A stretch of DNA of 64,000 nt from Marsupella aquatica. Its lineage: Eukaryota; Plantae; Marchantiophyta. This document shows positions 48,755 through 61,986 of the stretch, piece by piece (within the stretch, counting starts at the first letter, position 1; every line of letters starts with the position of its first letter). The notes below the pieces were generated by a model. That model was given only the letters and a program-made list of their open reading frames with translations, was not told where the DNA came from and searched no databases. Position numbers and translations under genes: made by a program. The stretch covers positions 17,490,770-17,554,769 of the forward strand of contig OZ316893.1 of NCBI GenBank assembly GCA_973895155.1, read 5' to 3'.

Positions 48755-51700
48755 AAGGGACAAGCCATCATTTGGCATAAGGATCTAGAGGAGGCTGACT
48801 CTCGGTCCCAACGAGACGCAGCCAAGATAGACGCCCTGAAGGCGGAAGTGGCACGGCTCCAAGGAGAAGCCACAAAGTAGGCCCAATTGGTGGATAAGCT
48901 AACAATCGACACCCAACAACTGGAGGAGGCATGCCAGGAAGCCGTGGAGGAGACGGATGCGGTGAAGCGAGAGAACAAATCTCTGCTGGACCAGGTCCAA
49001 CTACTCAAGCAGGACGCCAACAAACTCAGAAGGCAGCGGGATAGCAAGCTCTGGCAAGCGTGCCAGGCATTAGCGGTGGAGTAGGATTAAAATAGAGTTA
49101 GGAGTAGCTAAATCAGGCTATAGGGACAAGCGCCTACCCTAGTTAAAGCAGCGTTGCCATTCTGTCCAGCCTGCGTAGATTAGAATCTTCTAATAAGACA
49201 AGCCGTTTTCCGGCTTGATAGCCAGCTTAGTTAGGATCTTAGTTAGTGAATATTCGGGCACGAGGCCACTCCGGTCCTCAGCCCTTAGTATTTAGTGCAC
49301 CCCTCAGTAGAGACAAGGGGGGGGTTTTAGTCCCAGAGTTGGACGTCCGCGGTATGTGCGGGGAGTCCCGACCTTTGTGAGTGAAAGAGTACCAAGGGGA
49401 GGGGGTACGACTAAGCTCGTTGGGCGAGTGCAGAGCCGGGCTCCGTTGTAGTGTATGCCCCTCGGCCTTGGACCTGTTCATTCAAGAGCTGTCGGGTCAA
49501 CCGAGTGTAAGTGTATGATGATTCATGTAGTAAAATCCTTTCCCATTATTTCCTTCGTGTAAATCGAGATTGTATGCTTGTGTGTGTGTGTGCATGAATC
49601 TTGTGTATGGGTGCCAACGCTTGGCCGAACGCACTGCCCAAGCCGTGCATGGGGTGTAGCTTGCGGATAAGTGGTTGTGAGCCCAGGTTGAGTGCCCCTA
49701 TCATTGGATCCGGATCAAAGGCGGACAACACAAAGGCTTAGAAGCCCATAAGCCGGGGTCGATCCTACTATTGACTAAGGTACGTTCCGGCGGCGGAACA
49801 CAAATCATACCTAGGAAGTGTCTGTAGGTAACAGTAGACGCACTTAGCGCTAGTTTACGGGAGTTAGGGGCATTTCATGATTCCCTCCCTGCCCGAACCC
49901 TCATACTAACGAAGGAAATGCTTGTCTAAGCCGAAGCTTGGGTTAAGACCCAGACTGACGACATGACAATGCCCTTGTAGGTCTCATCAAGTTCAGCTTG
50001 TTTTTGTTGAAGGGCCTTGCGGCATTCTTTGATCTCATCCTTGAGTGCCCGCTCCTTCCTCTGGGCCTCGGTCATGGCTCTATTGCAGGCCGTTATGTGA
50101 GCTGCCTCTGCCTTCTTCAACTCCTGCTTCCACTTCTCCTTCTTCTTGAGGGCTTCGGCTAAGTCTTCCTGAGTCTGGGCTAGTTGCCCCTGCATGATTC
50201 TTATTTCATGCTTCCTAACTCGAAGCTCATCCTGGGCCTGCTTGACCACCTTTAACTCTCCGGCCTTGGCTTCCTTCTCTCTTAGCCGCCGAATGACTTC
50301 CTCCTTCTTCATCCTCTCCAAAGCCAGTGCGTCCTCCAATCGGCTTTTCTCCAACATGTCCTTATGGATGAAGGCTCCCGTTTCTAACTCGTCACCAAAG
50401 ATGTCGAGGGCGAGTAGCCCGCACATCCTCCCATATTCCAGGGCTCTGGAACATGCATAGGTGGAGTGGTTAGGAGATGTTGGCATCTCCCAACGTGGCC
50501 TTCTTTCCCAAGCCGTCTTCCGTATCTCCTCAAACGTGGGCAAAGGCCCGGCTTGAGTCCCTCCCAGTTGCCAAATATCCTTCGGCCATCCACCGCCTGG
50601 CAAGTCCTTCTCCTTGGCTAGGGTTGCTTCCTCCAGATCGCTGAATCGCTGCTGCAACTCGTGATTGGCCTGTTGTCTTCCGTCAAAAATTGGTGGAGGT
50701 GCGTCCGGTGGGGGAGACTCCGGGCTCCCCTACTGTTGTGGACCCTACGCACCACTCTTGGTAGTCTGGGGATAAAACGGCCGTAGGTCTGCACCCCTGC
50801 TACCGAGCGATCCAACCCATAACCCAAGTCCTCGTGGTATTCCTCCATGTATTCCCTGGCCTCTGGGCGTCCTGGTGCCTGCTTGTCCTCTCTAGGACTA
50901 GCCGTAAACCCGGCCTCCTACCAGGGATTATACATGCGTGCGGCTTGCCCTTCCAGCTCCTGCACCTTACTTTTGCACTCCTTTTCAGGACTGGGAACCC
51001 TGGGTCCCAGTTCCTCTGATTCTTCACTAGAGACTCCTACATACATCCGCACCCCTGGCTTGTTTTCCGGCCTGCTTCTTTTTACGGCCCCGGCCATGGG
51101 TTCTCCTCTAGCGGTTCTTCTGGTGCCCGCTGTTGCTGCCTCTAGTGCTAGAGTTGCCTTCTCCTTATTCAGTATGTGCAGGAGGCTCTGCATTGTTGGT
51201 TGTTGCATCGGCCTGGCTTCTAGCACCTGTCGGAAGACCTGAGCTATCGTGGGGCTGTCGGGCGGGTCGGGCTGCTTTGCTGTCGGCCTCGGTTCTGATT
51301 CCTCTTCTGGCGCTCTCGCCTGCAGGGGAAGGATCGGGGCAAAGATTTGACTCCAGGCATACCGGCATAACAACGGCATGTGATAACCAAGCTGGGACAC
51401 GCTCCCTTGGCTAATCACCTGTTGTTCCTCCCTTAATATCTTTCTGAGTTGGTTGAGGAGGTACCCATTGTAATCCCGGCTTGGGTCTGGCCTCTCTACC
51501 AGGTAAACCTGTGCCTTGTCGATCTTCGGCCTTGGCAAGTTGCAATGCATTGTTACTTGTAGGAAATCAATCATTTCTCCAATATGCGGGTTGGTGTAGG
51601 TGCTTCGGAGGAAGCCATTCTTTGTTGATGGCCCGGGGAACAATCTAAACTCCTTGTCCGGCAAGTTCTTTTGGGTTTCTACCTTAGCCTTGTTGCCCAT

Positions 51701-54081
51701 CGGCAAGCCAAACACTTTGGCAATCACGTTGGAGGTGAGATAGAAGTCCCTCCCGTCGATCTTGTGGTCCCATGATCCCACAAATTCCAGTAAGTCTGAT
51801 TCTGGCACTTCCTTTTTCAGCCACGACAGTCTTACAAAGGTCTCCAAGCCTGATCCGGCCATGAAGCCCTGGTACTTCTTGGTCTGCATGGCTATAAAGC
51901 ATGCATCCTCCTCTCATGCAAAATGTAGTTGCACTGCCAGTGGTATTATTGTCGCCCAGCCCTTCTAGGTGTCATCTTGGGTAGGGACGACATTGACTGG
52001 GTTGACTTCTTGTTCCTTGGCTTCCTCCTCTCTCTGCCTCCCTTGTTCGGCTGGCTTCCTTGATACTGCCGACCTCGTCCTCTTGGCCGGTGTGTTTTCT
52101 TCATTTTGGCCATTTTCCTCTTCATTCTCAGCCGCACCTGACAATTCTCCCAACACTATTGCTTTCATCCACACCACAGTGCAACCTTTTAGGTCCCAAT
52201 GTTCGTCGTTGCAGTTGTTGATGGCTTGCCGGATGCCGACAATTCTATTGTCTCAAATTAGAAGGTCGTCAAGCTCGTTGCTTGTAGGTGTCCACGGGAA
52301 TTCAGCCTTGATGAATTCTCCTCCTAAGAAGGTTGTCTTCTGCAGTTTCCACAGCCGAGCAAGTTCCTATCGCTCGTGGGCTACTCTTTCTGATTCTTCC
52401 TCCTCGTAAGTCCTGACGTACTCACTTGCCCATTTGAACAGGCATCCCAAAAATGTGCTGCTTGATTGATGTTGCTCATTCCCTTCTCTGGCGTTGCTTG
52501 GTAGCTGCTTGTGCCCCCCGTGTTCTCCTCTGCAGCTGACAATTGTTGGCTTTTGCTTGCACTCTGCTTGCTCGAGGTGCGAATGTGAGCCGTCACTCCT
52601 GGGTTGCCTTGCCTTACCCCCCCTTCCTTTTGGCTTGCGCTGTATGTTTTGGTACCGATTACCGGCAGCCGCCAGGGTTACGTGCCTTAACCCTAATCTT
52701 GACCTAGTGACCATTACTCCTCTTTCGGCCTCGGCTCTGGTTCCATGTATGCCCTTAATTGTTTATGGTTTTCCCTGGTTTTCTGCCCTCATACTAATGG
52801 TTTATTGTATACCCTCCTATTTTACTCCTAATATGGCCTAGTGATTCCTGGCTAGGCATCACACCTTCTCAATTAGGAAACATTGGAACAACTTGAACCC
52901 GACTAATATTTGAGTGACAAAATTATGGAATTTTACCCAAAGTCCCAAATTGAAGAACATGGAGATCTTGCTCCAACGGTAAACACATTATTCTCCTTTT
53001 TTTATCCTTGGATGGTTTCAAGGATTGAAACAGAACCAACACATGAATCTTTAGAAAAATCTATATAGAAAATGCAAGGTTATTACAAGCCTCCGTTTTC
53101 CAAGATTCAGGTTATTCTTATGCCAATTCACATGGGGGTATTTACAAACGACAGGAAACAGCAAACAGTAACAGAAAATAGAAACTGGTAACAGGAAAAT
53201 GAGTGGTAATTTTTTTTGAATTTTTTTTTGGGATTTTTTTAAATTTTTTTTCAAAATTTTATTTTATTTGCTAGCGCCTGGCGCTGGTAATGCTAGCGCC
53301 CAAAGCTAGCCAAAAAATGTTGTAACTTAGATTTTTTTGGAAAATGAGACTTTTTAGAAAATATTTTGACATGGTTATTTATCCTGGTAACAGTAACTTT
53401 TTGCTGGTAACGGAAAAAAAATTCCTGGTACCAGTAATCCTGTTTCCTGTTTACTGTCACGCGTGCCATACCCATTCATATGAGTGGGCATTGGAGTTTG
53501 GTTGTCATATGTTTGGATCGATCTCAATCTTTGATCCAAATGTATCATCTCGACTCACTTGCTAATCGTCTGCATGAAACTTGTCTAATCGAATCGGCAT
53601 TGAAAAGGTGAAGACTTAACTTTATCTTCTACTATTTATTTTTTATATGAGATTATTTATTCATGTGATTATAAATGCCACTGACTAAGGAATTACTTTC
53701 AATGACTTGCAGATATTTCACAATAGAATGAGAACTATTTTTTGGAAAAGTGTCATTGGGTGTTATGGAGATGTGGAATCCAAAGGTATATGATTTGTTT
53801 CATTTTTTTAAAAACTTTTTGGTTGGAAAACACATTTATGAATTGTACTAAAATACACCATGTTTTTTATCAGGTGCCCCAACAACCAAATACCCAACAG
53901 ATTGTGGTTTATTTGTCCACAGATTGAGTTCAATGGAGTATTTCAAAATATATATCCGTAAAGTCTTTATTTACAAGAGATTGGTACAACCCCACTCAAG
54001 CATGTCACCTGAGAAAGGTGATAAGAGATAGAGTTATCAAATTAATGCATGTATCTACGTAATTTAATTAGTAAATAAAAC

Positions 54082-56240
54082 TCAATCTTCTGAAGATATA
54101 GAACCTCGCTCTAAAATAACAGCCTCTATAATCTTTTTTGTTTTTGCTGCTATTTGATTATTTGTCAAAAGCGCAAAATTGTATGTATATATTGTTGTTG
54201 ATGACAAAACAAGTTCATCTTGAATGAGTCTATTAGATACATTATCATTCTCTGGAAGATATTTTCCATCAATTGCAGTCTCAGCACTTGGCTCAGTTGT
54301 GTACCACGTGATTTTGATTCTTTCCAGAATATCTCCTCTTTTTGTCAAAATCTTTGACACCTTCGCCATCCAAAATAATTTGTCCTCTGGATCTTTGTGT
54401 GCTGCTACGCATATCACTGAACATTTGTTGTTCACTTCCATATCTTTGAAATCCCCAAGTTCAGCTGGCTTTCGCCGAGGGCCTGAGTACATAATCCTCT
54501 ATGATCCTGCAACTTTATCAACTAGAGTTGGGTCAATAGAGTTGGGTCAACACCTTTGGACGTCAAAATCTGATAATTTGTTGACACACCACCAAGAGTG
54601 GACCCTTCATTTTGTTGTGGCCAAACCCATTCAAATAACCAATCACCCTCCTCTAAGTGGTTTTTGATAACATCATTTTGTTTCTCAAAGAATGTCATCC
54701 ACCATAGTTTATCTTCATTGTCAAAGTAATTGAATCTCTCTTGAATTGCTTTTTGATATTTCACCATAATGGATAATGCACCATTTGAGTCCATCAGATC
54801 ATCATCCCGTTCTAAACCTTTTGCTGACTTTAGTGACATTTGTGCTGCAACCCACATTCTCGAAGTGGGGATGTAGTTCACAAACGCTACCACGTCTCCC
54901 CAGTCAAAGGTTGCAAATAGATGTTTCCCATGAAACATGGTCACTTCATTGTCATCTACAATGCCTCGCTTGAATCTAATTGCCTTTGAAAAGTTATGAG
55001 ATTGAGATCTCTCAAAACTCAACCTGAAACTCCATTGTCATTTGGTTGGTCGGTCTCATTCACAAACTTTCTAAAGTCCACAACTTCATCCACAAAAATT
55101 ACATCTGCTTGAGGAGAATATGCCGTTGTATAATATTCACGAGAGTATCTAAGCAAAATGCCTTATGCTTATTTAATCTAGATGAGAACTTGCTAAACAT
55201 CTGATCTATTTGGTCATGCGTATGACCAACCAACAAAAAACCAACTTTTATCTTGTCAAAAACCTTTAAATCTACCAACATATGTAGATAAGCCATCAAG
55301 AACTTATTCTTGTTCTCCCTAGTGGTATTATCCAATTGAAGATATAATACCCGTGGCAGTATCCCATCCCATGTATTCAAAATATTTTGAATAACATGAA
55401 TGGTGAGATTTGCATCATTGTGGATGTTGGGGTAGGTCAGAAATACTTTGGCTGCAAGCTTTCTATTAAAGATAAGACAACCCACAACATGTATAGGGAT
55501 GAAATATTTCTCATCCATGTTCTTTGGACAGCGAATAAAATGTGGTAGCTTAGTTTTCTTTTGATCCATACCGTCAATACAAATACCCAAATACTTGTTG
55601 GGTTCATCATAGCATTTCTTTCGATGCTTTGCCAACTTCATCCTCTCGAGTGATTGTACTCTTCGATGCTCCATAAGAGCATTGATATACTTTCTTGCAA
55701 TAATACAATCATACATAATCAATAAATTATCTATTCATCATTGTGTCTAACTTATCACTATCTTACTTAGGCACAAAATGTGAGGTTACAGTGAACTTAC
55801 TTTTATCTTCTTTTGTTGTTGCTTTGTCTCGAAGAGCCTTGAATTCGGTACATGGACCACAAGTGAAAAACTGACTCATTTTGGGAATCCGCACATTCAA
55901 AAACTTTTTCTTCCAAACGCGCAAGAAATAAGAATATGTAACATATTGATCTTCTCACAAGATTGTTTCGGCAAGAAAGATTTCATGAATCTCTTGCTTT
56001 GTCCAATTGTCTGGCAAGTGATGAATTTCTTTATGGGGAAGACTATCCATGTTTTTTTGAAAGAAATCTTTCAACAATTCCACCAAGTTGAGAAATGAAG
56101 GTGAGTCTTCCTTGCAGAATGTATCTCGTTCAATCCTGGTGAACATATTTGCATGGATTGTAGCCAACCTATTATTCCCTATAGAATATAGTTTCTTGAA
56201 ACCTCCTCTACAAATAATTTGTCCATTCACACGGGTATGA
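54082..56240 (-). pseudogene. Sola-like / DUF7869-type DDE transposase, spliced, decayed
   Basis: ICIDGMDQKKTKLPHF, LYLQLDNTTRENKN and GFLLVGHTHDQIDQMFS motifs (55099-55722). Upstream ICRGGFKKLYSI and a Cys-x2-Cys-like region. Splice donor GTAAGT at ~55800. Confidence 0.75.
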
Positions 56241-56961
56241 TAGCCATGACAGAAAACAGAAAACAGAAAACCTGTTACTAGGAAAGTTTTTGCTGTTAAC
56301 AGTCAAATTTAAATGTTACCAGTAATCGATTCCGTGTTACCATTTTTACATCAATCATAGCCCTTTGGTCCAAATGAAAAACTACGCTAATCACAGAATT
56401 TTTCTTTAGTGAATTAGGTTTAAAACAAACAATTATTGTGTGCCATCCGATGGATGAAGAGTACTAGCAATCCTCCCTTGCAACAACATTTTGATCTGGA
56501 AGATAATTGAACACGGTATGGGGGACTATACTCAATGAAACATTCATTCAAATATCACTATTCGTCCAAGCTAAAAAGTGAACCTTAGGGTGGGACCCAC
56601 CATAGAACAAGTGAAGAGTAGTGTCCAAATGAACTCAATCAAAATGAGTTCACTTAAATGGACCGAGTACCGTGACAAACAAATGACAAAACACCTCATA
56701 ACGATTTATTTTAGAATAATTGAATAAACGCGGCTTGAAAGAAAAAACAGAATGATATCAACTTACAAATTTTATATAAAACATGTTGTAATGCTTACAC
56801 TACACGCATACATAATAAAGCAAGAAAAATAAGATTTTTGGAAGCAGCGCCTGGCGCTAACCAAAAAATACTGAATAAAACAAGTAACATATCCATTGGG
56901 TAAAGACAAAATAGTGACTATCCGTTATATTAAACGACCTATATGGAAGTTTCGGCCCCTA

Positions 56962-59900
56962 TTATAAGCCATTCAAGTTCTGCCTCTCCAAGACAAGCCT
57001 GACTTCGCCCACAGTCAAAATTGGTTGGCTACAAAGAGTCGACTCCTCAACCTCAAGTTTGAAAACATTTATGTACACCCAGTATAGATGTTTACAAGGC
57101 ATGTACGACTTGCCACGCGAATGTCGTAGGAAGAAGTCCTCACAAGAGCAAGCAGGGAAGATACAGATTTGCACGAAGTACGTGCTTGGTGATCGAAGGT
57201 TCTCATGGGTTCGAATTCAAAATTGCTTTCCAAAAGCATTTCTAGTCCGAACATTCCATTCCCCATCCAAAGTCATCGCTTCTTGTCGTGCAGACTCCAT
57301 TCGCTTAGTGTGACCCACAGTGAGATTAGACCGAGGTCTTGAGTTCCTCCCATTCCGACTACCCAGCCGGACATTTGGCTCCAAAAACCTTATTGTTTTT
57401 GGGAACACGTTCACATTTATCCTGAGGTCAAACGAAGATGGCGCAGATCGACTGGATCCTGTTGTTTGGGCTAAGACAAGTCCTTGCTCTTCAAGGAACG
57501 TGATTTTAGAAGGAGATAGGCTCGTACCCTTCAGAACAGGCAAAATTTCAGGAAGAGGAGGAAGCTGATGAACACCACGACACGGACGACTCTTATAATA
57601 GGTTTGGTTTGGGCATAACCAAATCATTTCGGAGATCGGTTTGCCCCTGAAGAGAAGATGGCCCTTCACGACAATTCCAACAACACCGTCAGACAAATGG
57701 AAGCCAACCTTCTTGATATGATTTCGACACTCATCGCGATCAGAACTCCCATTGAGTGTCCCATTACACTGGGGACCTGCTATATACTTGGACGTCCGTC
57801 GCAGCTGCCATTGTCCCAGAGGGACATCCTTCTCTAGCACAATCGTGCGTGGAAGTGTATTATGAAGTGAGGCTGGTGCACTGAGCGGAGGTTTTGTGGA
57901 TCTTGTTGTACGGGTTGTTTGAGGGGTATTGTCCAGTGAATCAGTATCACCATCTGATGTGTCCATACCAGAGAGATTCACCACTCTTGTCACAGGATCA
58001 TTAGAATTTGAGGGAATGGAGGCAAAGTCAGTTCTGTTTAGGTTTTTCCTTTTCAAACCACGAGTATTTGGTGTGGTTATGAGAACGGTGTCATGCCGAT
58101 GGGAATCTTGTGGAGAGACAGTCCCAGTTGCATGTCCCTTTCTCTTCATTGACTTGGTCACAATATCTCCGTTAAGGGGAGTACTTCTTTCCAAATCAAA
58201 GTCCGCCGCGTTGGAAAGAAGCATGTTGGTCGCATCTTCAAATAACCTTGGCGAACCTGCTTGATCGGCGGAACGGAACGCCAATTCCCATATAGTCGGT
58301 CCCTTTCCTATGTTCAACCCTTTTCAATATGCATTGTATCCCGCAACTTGAGATAGGGCTCGGTTTTGGTCCACTTTGCATACTTCAAAAAGACCAACTT
58401 TTTTCTTTGTAGCCTAGGCTTTCATAGACGCATGCCTTGATTCTGACCCTGTACAGTTGGGAATCAAGGCCCTTCTTCTGCGCTTTTGCTCTGCCATAGT
58501 CCGAATGCAATAATCAGTACTAGCATTGTATTACCAGCGCCCGGCGCTGGCACTGACAAGTATTTATAACATACGTGAAATACAATTGCAAGTATGATTC
58601 TGGAACTTTATAGACATGTTGGACTCAAATACGAGCAAATCATACCAGTGCCTGGCGCTAATATAAAGTTGATGGAAATGAAAGACAAGAGAGGAGATGG
58701 ATGTCATACCACTCAAATAAAATTGCCCCACTGGCGCCATCGAACAACCCACCAGGATATCCAGCTTTGTAGCATCATGAGCTTTCCAAGGACACAGTTT
58801 CCTGATTGCCACCAAACTACAATCTCTCGGGACACGCGATACGCTACCACAAACGTTGGAGCGTTTCTTAGTTTCTCCCAAAGTCTCCAATGTTCCAATT
58901 GACATTCTTCGAGTACTCCTTCCTTGGAATGCCGATGGAAAGATTGATAAAAGTGAAATGCATCACAGCGCTCCCTCTCCGGGTCTGGGTATCCACTAAA
59001 AAAAACATTACGCACAACATTCCATCCAGCTTGTGCATTGTCCGCCATAAACCCTTGGATGACAACCTCCTGTAATCCATTCTCCTTGCAAACCTCAATC
59101 ATAACTCTCCAAGCCTTTTTGAAAGACTCAATGTCTTCACCTTTCATCTCGCATGTGAAAATTGTACAAAGTGCACGGAAGTTATGGTCGTAGACATGCG
59201 CTAAAAGTAAACCAATCGATTGTGATACGTTGCATGACATCGAAACTGACCCAAGCTCCTTCGAGTCTTCCACCAAGTTGCATCTGTCTCAAAAGATCCA
59301 CACCGGAACCATGACCCTTCGTGGTCATTTTAAAGATGTGAGGCCTGTCGTCTTGACATCCCTGACCCGGGAGCAAATACCTCTGGAGAAACGACAGGTT
59401 AATCTTCTTTTGCATTTGCGAGAGAAAATCAAGTTCATCCCGACCCTTTTGGTCTATCCTAACGCTCCGACAAAGAGACGCAAACTTCTGGGGAGTGGAA
59501 AGTACCATCAGAGACTTCCATATTTCAGTTTCTTCGATATCAACCATGTCGTCAACATGTTTGCAGAGAGCTTTCACTATGGACCCTGTAGCAAAATTCA
59601 AGATCCCAACTGGTTTTGCCAGAGGATTGGCTTCATGATTTTTTTTAATTAAATCCTCAGCCATCTTCTCCGCACTCCTACAAAAGGTTTTTCTACCTGG
59701 ATGGTTATGCTCACCTATATGAATCGCCAGGCGGGACATATGACTACATGTTTCCGCATCAAGTAATACTTGCGGGTACATATAGAACAAACGGGCAGGG
59801 CAGTACTTGACACAAAAAGGAATCTGATCACAATAATGACACACAACACCGCCCTCTTCAATAAAAGATCTGACAGCATACTGACCACTAAGCTTTGGAG

Positions 59901-60710
59901 TACCCTGCCATGCCTTAGCATTTGCCTTCTTCTTCCTTTGGAAGTACTCGCAGGACTTGTTCCGACATTCAATAAAGCCAGTACAGGTAACCTTTTACCG
60001 AATTGCCAAAGTTTTTTCGGCTGAACGTTTGCGGTAGTTGGAAATATGCATGTCCAAATGTAGCAATCTTTGGCACGGTCCATGTCCCTAAGCCTAGAGC
60101 CTTTAGAGAGCATCTTGTCAATTGTTGGCAATTCAAACATGACGTTCCCATTATACTTAGTTGGAAGACAGAAGACTTGCTCATGTCTGAAATCACCCGC
60201 AGATATGAACCTCGATAACTCGCTATGACCAGTGGATTTGAGTAACGTATCCATCGCACTGCGCCGATACACAACCTCCAACTGGTTGGAGCTTCCTGGA
60301 GTCTCACCTTTAATGACAACATGTTGCGGGACTTTCATTTTCAACGTAGGACTTGGAGTGTGATCCCCATCTTCACTAGAAAAAATCTCGACAACATCAA
60401 ATGGAACTTGGGGGACAGTGGACGGTCCTTCATGGTGTCTTACTTGAAGTGAATACAAAATCCCCGCATATAGATGCCAGAATCGTTCACCATCATCCAC
60501 ATTGAATGTTGTTGCATCTTCGATGTCATCACTGGTTTCGAGCTCTCGAACAATGGCCTCAATATCATTCATCTTCAAATCAAATCTCCCGCAAAGGTAT
60601 CTCTCCTGGACCTGCTGGTACATGTCTTCCATAGGGACGGGGATGGTCACAATATCCCCAGTCCCGAATCGGGATAGAACGATGGACCAAGACATTGCAA
60701 TCGAAAACAA
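56962..60710 (-). pseudogene. MULE (Mutator-like) transposase with C-terminal SWIM zinc finger, decayed
   Basis: WVSFDVMQRI, GFMADNAQAGWN...ERCDAFHF (MULE core) and CSCEDF...PCKHLYWV (SWIM). Frameshifts between ORFs. Intron-like segment at ~58505-58708. Confidence 0.8.
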
Positions 60711-61986
60711 ATAACGAGGGCTGTAATGTTTTGAGGAAGAAAAGTTGATGGTAATATGGAGCTTATATCAGTCGAACATGGGAACTTCACGTTAACATAT
60801 ATACATTTGTATAAGACATAAAACATAGTCGACATAGGATCCGTTGGCGCCATAAATGAATTTTGTCATTTTTCCCCGATAAGTCCGGATGTCAGACGCA
60901 TACATAATGCCAAAAAAGACACCACAAAAATCTTTAACAGACTCTAAGATATTGTATAGTTGGAACAATTTGAGTAGCGCCTGGCGCCAACTAAAATATC
61001 TCAAACATAATGCGCCCCAAATCTCGATATTCCATACTAGCGCCTGGCGCTAGTATACGAAAAAACCCTCCAGATATCCATCAATACTATGAAATAATTG
61101 GATTTAAATGATCAATGAAATTGTGAATTCTTTTAAAACTATTGATGGAAAATACTCGTTATCACTAGCGCCCGGCGCTAGTATAGGATGCAAGTAATGT
61201 TTCCCAAAAACCATTAAAATAATAGACATTTCTTTAAATATGGGGTTGTTTTGACGTAATTTATGTATTCGAGGCACGATTTCAGACCTATTCTATAGCT
61301 GTTGTTTTTACTAGCGCCGGGCGCTGCCATGACAATCATCCCAATTATCTACTTCATGGGAAGTTGTTTATAATAGCGCCCGACGCTAGTATTCAGAGTG
61401 AGGGAGGAAAACGGTCATAACGGTAACATTTAACAATAACTTCTGAGTTCTGTGTGTGTTACGCTTCTTCAACCGCTTGATTTAGCTAATTAAGTTCTCC
61501 GCATACATACGTTCGAATCCGCCAAACTTACGAGCTTCTTGCTTTAATCAAAAAGTTCTGCTGAACTCCACCCTCCTTCTAGAATATATTACACGTTGAG
61601 AGTTGATTAGAGTTCCATAATTTCATTGTATGATAGTTCGTACGCTTCTGGAAGGAAGACGATGGAGGTATTCCCCTCGTCATCTAGAGGGTATAGTGTT
61701 GCTCCTGACCAAGAGCGAGCTTATTCTGAATCCTCGCAGTCTTCGTTTACTGGTTCAGTTTATACACGTTGTGGACCGGCTCAATATAGGGTATGTAAGG
61801 AACTTGTCAATTTTGTTGTTGTTTGTACAAGGAATAGTAAGAAAGTTGTTGTAGTGTTAGCAAAGTACTTAGGATTTGCAACCCTAAGTCACTAGGGAAG
61901 GCTAGTAGGAAATCATGGAAGGGAGAAAATGTGTTGTTCTAAGCAAATGTAAAGGGATAAGTAATGTGATTTTGGTAGGCAGCAAA

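Larger units (their letters stand above)
43242..49968 (+). mobile_element. Family B unit, copy 3 (opposite orientation, contains C)
   Basis: TATGACGCC...ATGACA termini. Exact TSD ATGCC at 43237-43241 and 49969-49973. TATAAAAGG at ~43598. ORF pieces 43704-46018 and 48760-49073. Confidence 0.92.
41328..52863 (-). mobile_element. Family A diverged copy 3: 5' LTR of a truncated element, interrupted by B copy 3
   Basis: TGTGGCGC...GCATCACA termini. No TSD, but followed by a PBS. ORF pieces 49974-52750 and 42230-43241 rejoin across the insertion. Confidence 0.85.

Noticed and set aside
61505-61585. tRNA/SINE (GTTCGAATCC B-box, CCCTCCTTCTAG)
   Set aside because: No A-box or cloverleaf, and the spacing is inconsistent with a tRNA.
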